Part shown: positions 11,391 through 23,800 of the stretch, piece by piece
How positions within the stretch are numbered: position 1 is the stretch's first letter
Layout: every line of letters starts with the position of its first letter
Assembly (NCBI GenBank): GCA_051294905.1
Contig: CM119384.1
Span: 992,001 to 1,056,000, forward strand
Direction of reading: 5' to 3'
Length of the DNA stretch: 64,000 bases
From: Botryllus schlosseri
Lineage: Eukaryota
Made by a program: the position numbers and the translations under genes
Notes under the pieces: generated by a model
What the model saw: the letters and a program-made list of their open reading frames with translations, nothing else
The model's database searches: none
Told to the model about the DNA's origin: nothing

Positions 11391-12827
11391 CATGCTGTCC
11401 CTGAGTGCTGAACGCCGAGCTGGATGGATAGCCGATACCTGTAGTAGGGCGAGACAATCGAACACAAGAAAGAAAATGAAATCGTATAATAAGTAGGTAC
11501 AAGCCTCAATGGCAAAAACGTTCGCCGATTCCATTACCATTGCGATAACGGACAGAGGCATACTTCGAATTTGCATACAGCAGGATAGCTCTCTTAACGA
11601 GATATCTACCTACTATAGTTGTTGAGCCGACTATTTTGAGGGTTCCAACCATCCCATATCGTATACGCCGGTTATATCAGGCGGTAATCGTCCATAGGCT
11701 CATACACCATGTTGTTTTGGAAAGTAGGTTACACAATTATGGCATAATTATACAACTTAATAAGAAACGCATTTTTTTAAACAATCATTTGTTTTCAATG
11801 CAACCCTAAGTACAGTGTCAGTTTGAAGCAGGAGCGGCCAACCGCTGGCTCGCGAGAATGTTTTGAGTCGCCCGGGAGGCAATTCTCGAAATTGGATTTG
11901 AAAGATTTAATATTTATCATTCCAGTGCCCATCATATTAATCCAATTATGCTTTGCGAACATAAATCGAGAAATACAGCAATGCAGGCAAAATCGATGTT
12001 TTAATCAACAGCCAATTGTCGCGACTCCAATACTGAGTAAAATCCCGTTGCGCTGGCGGTAAAGGTTAATTACTGATTGGCCGCGCGCGTTTGTAATCAT
12101 CATTCTTGTCTGTCTTTCGTGTTCCAGAATTGTCTCGCCGTGCTATTGCTCAGTCCAGCGACGAGTGCCGAGCGCTCTGCAATCAATGGCCTAATGTCGC
12201 AATCACCTCAACGGGAGACAGCGTGGTGTTATGCGTGCACAGACAAATCTCGCTAATTGGTCGCGGCCGTGCGTAGCACTGATATTACTATAGTAAATAG
12301 TTGAATTGCAACTGAATATTAGCATCAGAATGGTCATTTCAAAAGGAGGGGGTTCCGACACCCCCTGGCTACGAGCCTGCCGCCACCCCATTCAATAATA
12401 AAAGTCGGCGCCTATGCCCTCACCCCGACCATACTCCTAACTTACTTACAACCCTAATATTCTGTACCCAACACGAAAAAAGAATCTATTTTTCCGTTTA
12501 TAAATTTTGATATGTTCGATCTCGGGGGTATATCGGAGAAGCGCCACAAATTTTGTATTCAAAATCGTAGTGTCTACAGCGGGAAATTCCATAAATTCCT
12601 GCCGTAAATACTTTTTTCAAATCCACGATTTTCCGCTCCAATAACTTGACTTCTGCTGTTTGGAATTGGGAAAAATTTCTTATGCATTGTTTTTCAGTCA
12701 ACCTAATAAAATTTGAAAAAGAATGTTTTTATGTTAAGACCAAAAGTTTCTGATCCCTCTCTAGTCTCTCACTGTGAATTTTACTAGCAATCAACTGATT
12801 GTTAACCAGTTTTACTCATATTTTTAG

Positions 12828-13300
12828 AATCCAGCCCATTTCACAACACAGCCTATCAGCGGAGCGAGTGCGTCCGTTGGTTCCGTTTTGCTGTGGATCC
12901 CATACGGGTGAGGAGATAATTCTGCTTGTTTAACTATACCAATTCGAACGAAATGACGGTAGTCTAATTAGTGGAAATGTTTCCATGGTCTCATTTTAAA
13001 GGTAATAAACCTAATTTCTCGTTTTCGACAATTCGGTAGTTCTAATTCTATTCTAATTTGTGAAAGCTGAAAATGTTCTAGTTACTTAGCTGCACATCGA
13101 GAGATTGATTTTGTGTCGATCAAGACGACCGTGAGCCTCAAATAGCCGTTGGTAGCGCTTTGATCAAATCCAAAGTGACTCAGAAAGAAAAGCCGAAGAA
13201 AACGATGATTTGGAAGAGGAATCGGGACACGTCTGCATTCGACAACCCAGTTCTTGAGATTGAAACTCCCGATATTGAGAGAAATCCCTCTAGCGATTGA
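12828..13300 (+). pseudogene. Duplicated last two exons of the unknown + strand gene (12828-12907, about 13118-13300); terminal acceptor deleted
   Basis: Translates NPAHFTTQPISGASASVGSVLLWIPYG and DQDD...AFDNPVLEIETPDIERNPSSD*; the 10 nt TTTTTGCAGT containing the AG acceptor are missing before 13118. Confidence 0.7.
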
Positions 13301-13499
13301 TATTGTAAAAAATCGTTGTTCTATGGCCTATTTAGTATACACTGCCAGCAGAGTGGTCGGAGATATAGTGTCGAATTTTGATTCGTGAGCTATTTGCGAA
13401 GATTTGAAAAATCCCACATGTACAATATTCATATCGAAATTAACCCGAATGTAACAATTGACAATGTTCTCTCCAATTTTCAACTAGTTGCTGACGATT

Positions 13500-13533
13500 A
13501 CCGCTGACGAGTGTCAGCCGAAAATATTCGTTT
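13500..13533 (+). ncRNA. Minimal hammerhead motif, core intact but stem I disrupted
   Basis: ACCG-CTGACGA-G-TGTCAGC-C-GAAA-ATAT-TC-GTTT. Confidence 0.5.
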
Positions 13534-14059
13534 TTTTTTTATATCAATATAATACCCAATTGTATGTTGAAGTTCTGTACCTCCAAGAATATCTTGTCTT
13601 TAAATCTTCAACAGAAAAAGGGCCTGCGTGTATATTATAAATTGTTTTCTCACTGTGTGGATGTTTCCACTGTTGATTAGGTTCATGAAATTGTATGCCC
13701 CTGAAGCAATTGTTACAGTTTAGTTCAAATGATGATGCATCCTTAATAACCTCAACTCTTTTTATAAGCAGATCGTGCATTTTCTTATTTTTCTGCACGC
13801 CCTGAATTTTTGCGTTTAACGACTTGCGTGAAATGTAGTAATAAGATAATTAATGTAATGCAGTTCTTGTATGCAATGTGTCAACAGATATAATATTTCC
13901 ATACAGTGCGTTGAAATTTCCGTACGATAAATGTCGATATCAAAGGCCATTTGAATTTAACAACCTTGTGTCCCCGGGTGTTGTCTGAGAAAAATGATTG
14001 TTACAAACTTTTAAAACCCGCCGTCGCGGACATAGGGGATCGCAGTCATTTCCATGTTT

Positions 14060-16213
14060 TTATGCTCTCTTCCGCATCTTCATCTCCGAGAATCGCAGGA
14101 GGTTGGACCGACGCTCCCACCAAAATCCCTTGTCGTCTGTGTTGTGGAAGTTTCCATTCAGATTGGTATTGCCGCAGTCGCGATACCACCAGCCTCCTTC
14201 GCGTTCAGTAGCGCAATTCCTTGACGGATTGGGATCTGAGTAGTGATCTGCGTCTTTCGTCGAGAATTGCTGTTCGTTGCATTCCCGGAGAATCCGGATA
14301 CGTGCAGACTGTACTTGTCGGATCCGGGGCTGATGCGGAAATTGCTGAATGAGATGAAAAGTCACGGAAGTGAAATAGCGTCAATATGCCTTTGTTTGGT
14401 TCATCGGCTTTTATTCCACCAATTCATATTTCATAATTTGTATATGAATGGATGCATCGAATCGAGTTTACCTGTATTTAGCAACCCAGTGAGTTCCCGT
14501 AGCTTTCAGGATCATGTTGATTTCCAATTCCATATTTCCGTCCTTCGTCATTTCGTGCAATTCCTCGAGCCCTGGAGATTATTTTGCGAACCAACAAAAA
14601 ATGATATATGTTCTATCGTTCTATTTATATGCAGCTTTATTCAATTCAAAATTTATATTCACGCTACGCGGGGTTCAAAAAAGCTTTTTTCGAATTTCAC
14701 CGGCTTGGTTGTCATATCGCCAGGTTACCTAACAAAACGTTGCACACCAAATTTGACCCAACTCCAACCAGTAGAAGGTCAGTTGAAATTTCGGTCATTT
14801 TTTAAATAATAGTATTTACGGTGATCAATTTCGTGTTCCAGGTAGGCCTGTGCCTGAAGAGGCGGGGATGTCTTTTCCACTTGTTTCGATCTTGACAAGG
14901 GCCTATGGTGGAGTTGGGATGAAGCCATCGTCAGTAAACGAAAAAAAGGATATGAAACTGATTAGTCGAAAATTTCTAATTCCATGATTTTATTTAAAAA
15001 TAATTAAAGAGTTAGTCACCGTAAAAACTATTTTTTATTCAAATGCAAATTTTTTACAGCAATAACTTCGCTTCTAGTGGTTGGATTTGAGCAAAATTTG
15101 GTAATATAATTCAGGTACCAGGTTGCTATTGGGTGGGGGTAAGTAGCTATGTTTGCCTTTGACGAGTATCAATGTGAATGAACAGAGAGAGAGAGTTATG
15201 ATATTCTTTTTCGCCTGCACCATCGAGATGCTTTGACGAGGGAGATGCGATACGGCCCTGAGGTCGGGAGTGGAAGTACGAACACCACAAGGACTCTCCG
15301 TGGGGCGAAGTTCCTATAGTAGCTAATTTAACGAGTATCTGTCGTCCAGATGGCTATGACGGCTCTCCGCCGGAAAGCAGCCGTACGCTATAGTAATAAA
15401 AAAACGGCCGTCAATAGCAAAAAGGTTGAACACCCCAGGATTAGGGGAACTACGGAATCGGTGTGCGGTCAGTGGTGTACGATGTTTGAGTTAACGTGAA
15501 AAGGGTGTACAACGACGAAAAAGGTTGAAGAGCGCGCCCTGCTCTAGATGACGCAGAAAACATTATTCAATACAGAATCAATCATACAATAGCCGAGTGC
15601 AGATCGACAAAATCCTGACACTTGAAGGGATTAGATGAAATTCAAAACCTTCCTACCGAGCCAGAAATCTCCATCACGATTCCCGAATCCCTTCACGTAA
15701 TCAACCCAGCCTAGGTAGAATCTCACGTTACCGTATTTTCTTCGCTGGAAAACCTGCAAGGAGCAATTTAAATCTCACAAACCTCATGAATTCTTCGAGT
15801 TCATGGTTCGATGGTTCAAAATTTCATGCCTCGACCTTATTTGGAACCGAGCTTGTTCATTTCGTTACAAACGATGGAATTTTTAAAGATTTCAAAATCG
15901 ACTCACAGTCCATTTCTTCTCTTCTTCTGATCTGCGTTTAAGATCCCTCATTCTCTCCGATATCATGTCCGCACCCTACATGAAATTTACACAGAGTATA
16001 GAGCGATTTTGGGAGACGTTAAACTGCTTGCATACCAACCCCGCAATCCCCCTCTGAGATCCATTTGCCGTCGACGTATCTTCTTGAGCAAAATTGCGCT
16101 GAAAGTGAGAAATTCTAATCCTATTCGAAATGAACACACAATTTCTTCGTACCTGACGAACGCGAGCAGACCGCAATAACGAACATAATGAGAATCCAAC
16201 ACTTGAGCGACAT
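14060..16213 (-). pseudogene. FReD3: secreted fibrinogen-domain gene with a frameshift in the last exon. Exons 16153-16213, about 16036/16040-16098, 15907-15975, 15657-15753, 14472-14571, 14060-14344
   Basis: Signal peptide MSLKCWILIMFVIAVCSRSS; WT/VFQRRKYGNVRFYLGWVDYVKGFG...FWLG/LEELHEMT...[24 protein letters not shown]. The frame then shifts before NEQQFSTKD...GGWWYRDCGNTNLNG...EMKMRKRA*, equivalent to a 16-nt deletion relative to FReD1. Confidence 0.8.
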
Positions 16214-16235
16214 TTTCGGAACGAACGACGATATG

Positions 16236-16600
16236 ATGTGTTGTTTCAGCGCCGACTGGGATTTCGAGGAAGTCAGACCATCGATCGTTCGTGAAATACG
16301 TAGAATCGCTATTTTCAGGAAGCTCACCTGATGAACCATTAGATCTGATGGTTTGACGCAAACAAGGAGACGTTGACTTCCTAACAAAATAAACGGTTCC
16401 GGCTTCATGGAATTTTGCACGACCATCATAAAGCAGGCATCAACCATTCGCATCAATAGGGCAGCGGCTCTCAACCTCCTGTGCATAACGGACGGCATCA
16501 TAACAAACGCAGTTACAACGGACAGGAGAACTTTATTGCCATGTATTTGCAGTATTTAATTCAATGCATTAACCGCAGTCCTTTGGTCTGTTTGATATCA
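16236..16600. promoter_or_regulatory. Fourth copy of the module, directly upstream of the FReD3 ATG (candidate promoter or 5' UTR)
   Basis: Ends about 25 nt before the ATG at 16213; contains the near-perfect 20-bp palindrome AACCATTAGATCTGATGGTT (16334-16353). The function is inferred from position only. Confidence 0.4.
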
Positions 16601-19600
16601 ATCGTGTGTTCCACACCACATTGGTAATTTTACACTATGCCGTGGCTCTGATTACGAAGGTAGGCTATGTACCAACTTGTAAAACGGCCCACTTATTCCA
16701 TGCTTAAGTAAGGCATTCTAGTCCAGTGGCGGTGCATGGTATGATATGATATGGAACAAGGATTTTCCATACTCCATACTTGCCTTACTCCCTCCATACC
16801 ATAATTGCAATTTTCCGTACCATACCATACTTGATACATATTCCATACTTTCAAATACTTTATAATATCACAAGTATAGTAGGCTACCTTTTCTAGCACC
16901 TGTGTTGATATTTCGGGTGTAATTATTTCTTAAACCAGCCATGATCCGTATCTAATTCCTGATAATAGTTTTACTGAGTCTGTTTTGTTGAGGTTTAGTT
17001 CGCGGTGGTGAGGTGTCGCTTACACCTACAGCAGCTTCCGCGCGCAAAATAAAACTGTCAGCGGATTGTTATCTAGGACCCTTCACACGAATATCATCGC
17101 ATTTCCGATACATTGACATGAGGAAAATGCCAGTTTGAAGTAAATATTTGCAAAATTATTTATATTATAGGCGCACCGACATAATATTCCAGCTGCAGGC
17201 GATCAATACAGCAGCGATCTGGGTGATTATTAGAATTTGTTTGGGGTTAGCGTGGCTAGAATAATATCAACGTTAATAAATTTGAGCGCTCGGGTCGTCA
17301 TCTATGGGATTAGCAATTACGTTGCCGTTTAATGCTATGAAGCGAAAACAAATCTGCCAGTGTAGCATCACTCCGTAGGTTAGTTATCTATAGTGGAACT
17401 CAGCGGTCGCTAGCGCGATGTCTATATTTCAATGATGAGCAGCTGCGATGAGCACATTCACAAAACTCCGGCGATATTTCTATAACCATTCTCGAAACAA
17501 ATACCATTGCTAGCTTTGCCATCATGCTTTCAAAACTACAAAATATAGTCATCGCTTTACTGGCGACGCCCTGGCAGGAGGGGAATTGAAGGACGGGGCG
17601 ACAATTTACAACTATATCCTGGTTATGAATATACATATATGACGTCACACTGTCTCGTTAAAATCGAGGGCCAATGGTGCTTTTAACCCACTGTATTCAA
17701 TGTGTATTGACTCGACTTGGACTCGAGTCATTGCTCATGACTCGAGACTCAGACGGTCAAGATCAAAATTTCATTGTAATTTCGAAGAACAGTGAAGTGA
17801 CCACCCTATTGGGATTTCGCCTATTGGTACTGGTACTTGAAAATGCGACCAGAAATTATAAGAAGTGAGGAAAAGTAGTATACTATAAATGCGAACCATT
17901 GGATATCACCAAACAGAGCCGTCAACACAATGACCTGGACTCGGACTCGAGTCAAAATACCATGACTCAGACTCGACTCTCTGCCCAATTTTATCCAGTA
18001 GCCAGTACGATTTGAGGAAAAAAGTCATTTTTGAAGACCCCTAATGAACAGGGGTGTACGAGTTTTGAGCAAACGTTAAAAGGGTGTACCACGTCGAAAA
18101 AGGTTGAAGAGCACTGGTGTAGGCTATGCCCGTAAACCTAGTTTGAGCTTCAAGTTTAGTTGTCACACTTGAATACCCAGCCAGCTAAAAGCAGCATAAT
18201 TGGTCATGGTCATCATCATCATATTGTTGGCCATGCCCTCCGAGCGCTCAAATTTAACAATACTGATCCTAATCGAAAGCTATTGTTGACCTGATTCCGG
18301 AAATACAATTTAAATACTGGTATGGAAATCGGCATTGTTCCGAATAATCGATCGATATAATTTCAATTATCATGGCCAATTGGTCAGTGTGTTGCGGCGC
18401 TCCGATTGTAAGGAACAATCGGCCTTGACGGCTATTTTGGAGTGGTTCTATTGCCATGTTAAGATATTAAATCGTGTTTTTGGAATCAGCGCGACACTAG
18501 CTTTTGATTGAGACCAGTTTGATTAAATTTAGCTCATGGGATGCCAGCTACAGGACTACCAATTACGCTGCTTTTATCCGACTGTGTACGCTGTGTAGCC
18601 TCATTTTGCCGCCCCCTTGGAGTCTGCCGCAGAGCCAAAACCGCCAAGTGCCTGCTACGCCACTGGTAATATGCGGCTTGTCCTCTAACAACGGAATATG
18701 ATGGCAGACAGACTTCGAATCGAGGCAGCTATAAACGCTACCTTTCGATATCTCGACGCGTCCAGAGATGGTTAATCGTTTTGTGAATAGTCAGTAACCA
18801 TATGTCTGTCTCCTTTGGTTACAACAACTTGCGCCCTCCTGGGCCATGACGACTTTTCTATTATAGCTGCCTCGAACATTCTCCCAATCTATGAATTAAT
18901 GAATGCTTCATCCTGTCGGGAATAATACCTCGATTTTGTTGCGATGGGTTTGCAATCGGGATCGAGAAATCGGATCAGTCTTAAAATCTCGTAAGTTTAT
19001 GCAGCGGCAAGGCTGTACTGTCCGACACACAATGTAGCCTATCACGAGGACGACTAAGCTTAAATATCACCTCTTTATGATGTTAGAGAAAGTCATGTCC
19101 CAAGATAACATCGGCGTAGAGATTAGAAACGATACTAATTTTAATGGATATCGCTACAGAGCCAAGTATTTTGGTCACTGCAACAATAGTGTCCTATATG
19201 GTGTGGACACAAGCAAATATCACGGTCCAGTGAAATTGGTCTACGACTCTACGTCATTTGGCTAAAGGCAAGTTGACGGTAATTTTTGATCGACTTGCCG
19301 AGTGTGAAATTTGATAAAACGGGTATCAATCGGAAGCTACTGTGGTACTGATTGCGAAAATATGAATTTTATTCTGCTCATGGTCCTGGAACCCCCCCAA
19401 AATCAGCCTCGAATTGTAACGGAGTTTGGCATTGTGACGCAACAAAGCAGTCCGCAGCCACATTACCATAAAATGTGATTTTCGCTGTTCATTTTTCCGT
19501 GATTAATCCAACAAATTGCCAAGTCTTGTTAAGAACACAAATTTTACGATGTGCGCTATATTTACATCTCGCAAACGGTTCTAGTTACTTGCAAAAATTG

Positions 19601-20846
19601 CTATCCCATATATTCGATACCTACCGTAATTAACATATAAAATGGCGTACCCGACTAAACAAATGCTCGATAATACAACAACATACGATATTCAACTGCA
19701 GAAACATAGAAATAAAACAACGTAAAAACACAATGCAGCTAAGGATGGCTTCAACACGCTTCACATTTGCTATCAAGTTTCAGGAACTGCGATATCGTGT
19801 TAGTTTCAAAGATACGTTGCCTGTTGGTATGACAACCATCGTGTGTTGCTAGATTCGATCAGATTTTCTAACGCGATGGTTGTCTACAAAAGGGTCAAAA
19901 ATAACTTCTGTTTCAAAATTTCACTGGCTAGTTGATAAAATTCGGATGTGCAGCGTTTTTAGGCGACCTATAAATTTTATCAACTATCCAGTAAAATTGG
20001 AGAGAAATAACTATTTTTGAACGACCCTAATCTACAAGGTACGGTACTTTGAAACTTTGAACTGAACAGGTACAGCGGCGTACGACCAATATTGGCAGGC
20101 CTCTGAAATCAATCAACAAGAACACAATGCATGGAGATTGGAGAATGAGTGTGTAGAAAGTTCTGCAATTAGGTATCGTGGCAACCAAAAGTCTAGAAAA
20201 TTCTGATTTCATCCAAAACATCGGCCAGCAAATGCTAACGAATGTATAAAAACTGCCAGAAGTCTGTTTACTACTAGTTTCTTGTTTCTGTGGTTACAAA
20301 AATGCATAACACTGCTAAAAACAAGCTAGGTTCACATATTTGAGTGCAATTGACATAAAATGCATGGAAGGCGGGTAGGATGCTAAATTCATTGTGGACA
20401 CAATCCGAAAAGCGATATATTCGACCAAAACAGAATAACTGAAAGTCCTAGTTCTAATAGGTTGGAATTTGAAATAAAAATAAAAAGTTTGCCTAAGGAT
20501 GCAAGGAACTGATTTTATGTGAATCACTAACGTAGGGGGTTCTCAAACTGATGAGGTCCGCGGACTAGTTTTAAGGGAAATTTTGCTAAGTGATGGTCTT
20601 CTTTTAGTCGTTTTAAGCTTGTCAGGCATACAATAGCCTAAAGTGATGGGATTTTAGTGATTGGTTACTGAAGTTTTAGGGGTGACTACCCAAAAAACTT
20701 GAACGGCTGCTGATAAAAGATTAAGAACCCCTGGGCCTGCAGTAATATGTCTAGAGTGGTACGCTGTTACTATTTTCAGCAGCGAGATATCATACTAGTC
20801 GATATCGGAAAACTCCACGCAAACATCAAGTCAAATAAACCGTGAT

Positions 20847-23800
20847 CTAAACGTGAGACGCGTCCGACACAGCCCCTTGGAGCGCTCTCTTTAAGCCTAG
20901 ACTCGCGGAGCTGACGGGCCGCATGCTGGCAACGCTAGTCCGTTTCGATATCTGGGCGTGGTGCGGTGATGAAGCGTTGGAAATGGAAGAGAAGACGCCA
21001 TCCACTTCACTGACGCTGCTGGCCGCTATGCTGACCGTGTCTTCGTCATCTCCGATTAACTGAAGATTAAATTAAATCATTTTAGCTCTTCTTGGAGTCA
21101 CAAACTTCACTTTAAATATATAATAACTAGGGAGATTTTTTTTGACATGTCAAAATTGTAACGTTAGGTCAAAATTGTTTACAAAATCAAATTTTTTTGA
21201 CCTCTGAATTTCGTTTGTATCGTAGATTTTGCACTTTCGGTGAACTTATCATTCGATATTTTACAGCGTGTAGCCTACTTTACAGACCTACCGTTGTAAA
21301 CGGCCCATCGTCTGCTCATTGTGAATCATAAACCGTCAAATGAAACAAATAGGTTAACATGGTTTTATGGTCAACGTACCGCAATATCCTAACTGAAGCA
21401 GGACTGTTTGGGCATTGCATGTTTCTTATATCAAGAAGCGCAAGCTGAAAAATTGTGATGTAGACGACATTGTCAGAATGAAACAACAACTGCTGCTGGT
21501 GAACGTTCTTTCTCCATTCTTAGCAAGCTACTTAGCAAAGACAGACACTTTCTACCAGAGAATGTAGGAAAGTATCTTTCGTTGTACTACACCAAATTTG
21601 AATTATTTCTACCATAATACGTGATGTACCTACTGGAATTCTTCCTAGGGTCAGATTTTGTTTAAATACTAGTTTTTTCATGTAAATATTTGTCAGTTTT
21701 TGAGCCAAAAACGTTTTTTTCAGGCCAAACTACTTCGTAAGGACAGACAGTTCAAACCAGAAATGAAGATTAGTAGTACAATTTTAACAATATGTGCGAA
21801 AGCACCTAATTTGCATACGTCATAGGCAATGTTCCCTCTAAGCTGCGCAGGTGCGCAAATGCACAGTGCTGAAAGGGTCTCTAGGCACAGAAAATCTACG
21901 CTGCGCACAAAAAATCAGAAGTGATGTTTTTTTTTATAGTTGTTGCGCACTGTTGTCCAATGGACCTCGCAGGCGCGCAGATTCGTGAAAATTAAGATGG
22001 AACATTGCCAGGGCCAAATAGTGTTATCACTGAAGTCTGAAACCGAGGTACAAGTGCGCCCCGCAAAGGTAACTATTGCGCTCCGTGAAGAAATTAGAGT
22101 TCACAATCACCTGCGCCTCACGGAAGATATTTTTGGCCTCGTACACGTGAGCGATACTGATATCATTTCAATAGCGCATTATTTTCTGGGAATGGCGAAA
22201 TAACATGGTTTAACAAAGTTATAAATAACAATGGGCTAGCTCGAAGTTAATCTGCGAGAAACTAACGAATGATAGTCTTCTTCACGTGGCATGGCGTAAG
22301 ATTTACTCAGGACCGTAACTTTCGCACCCCAAACCCCCCAATTGGAGGGGCCGAGCTCGAAGGGGGTCCAAAATTATTTCAAGAATTAACATAAATCATG
22401 GTGTATTTTTTGAAATTTTTCAGGATTTTTTTTTCGCGCTACGCGCGTTTTATTGTTGTAAGATATCTCATTCTTGGGTACCCTTTCCCAACAAAAATTA
22501 GGCATGATTTATAGAAATGGACAGTTGGGCGTCGGCCATTACCGCACCATGACGCGCCAAGACATATGAAGTTAAAGGCTATGTAACATGCGAATCCAAG
22601 AAGTGCGCCAGAACGATCAGCAGCGAGAAAACCTTGGGCGAAAAAGACTGCCCCGGTGCTGACCGAAAACTTCGATATCTACAAATATATGTGTAATTGC
22701 CCATGTCCATGAGCGCCTAAATGGCTGGCGCCGAATGTTCCTGTCCTGGCGATCCGAGTCCCACAACAAGACAAATGCTATATCGAGGGAACATTATTTT
22801 CCAGTTAAGAAATACCAATTTGAAATCGTGTACGTCTTTTACTTTAGTACGTTTTGGCGATTTCAATATCTTTTGACATAGCAGATAGGGGGTCACGAAA
22901 TAGCATCATGTAACGAAGTCATTATATCAACGGGTACGCCCGAAGATGTTTTATTATTATTTAGAGGGCCTATCTATTCCAACACACCTCACTGGATCAG
23001 CTCTACCGTTAAATCTGATTATGTGAGCAGGGAGAGGATAAAAATTTATAGCAATATATATGCATTTCACGATCATTGGCCGATGCAATCATGAATTATA
23101 GAATTTTTTTAGCGCTTAGCGCGTTTAGGGACGCTACTACAAAATGGGCACCCAATGTACATGATAAGACCGGAAGAAGCCTAGAGCCGTAGGGGGGTCT
23201 GGGGGCGAAGCCCCCCAGTAGTTAGTTTTATCACCCTATTGGAGGGTCGTTGCGCACTGTTGTCCGAGGGCCTGCGCAGTGAGTTGGCGTGTTATCGCAG
23301 ACTCTTGAAAAATTAGAGGGAACATTGGTCATAGGTCAAAATTCATTTTTTTAGGTAAAAAAAAGTCAAAATTTAGATTTTTAGGTCAAAATCTCTCGTC
23401 TTTTAAGTAAAAAAAAATCGCCCTAATAATAACAAAGGCAGCTTTCACAAAGCTTCCAATATTACATTTGAGTTGCATGCATTTTTCGTAGGTAAATTTT
23501 ACCTGGTGATATTTGGAGGGTCACCGTTAAACAAGACTTGTTTTGAAGTTTTACCGGTTTGCCAAGTCAAAAATGTCGAGAACCACTGATCTAAATAGTC
23601 AAAGTCTATCACACCTGCTCGTGCATGATCGTAGAAAGTTCCTCGGCCATCATGTGAAACGATTCGGCCAAACTCCGATGATAATCGTGCTGGTCGGACA
23701 TGATCAGTTTTTCGTTCACGTCGAGCGCTCGGCCGCATACTCCCACAAAATGTCTGAAAAATGCAGCGACACAAACATTGAGAAAAACTCTTTTCAAATT

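Noticed and set aside
12085-12195. FVIIILVCLSCSRIVSPCYCS, resembling a signal peptide or RING-variant fragment
   Set aside because: No in-frame ATG, a stop soon after, and the remaining RING ligands are absent.
14243-14809. 188-aa + strand ORF
   Set aside because: Composite of antisense FReD3 exons and a MITE.
16327-16385. CTGATGA plus a hairpin in the FReD-upstream module as a second hammerhead
   Set aside because: No GAAA directly after the hairpin and no conserved stem III or UH across copies.
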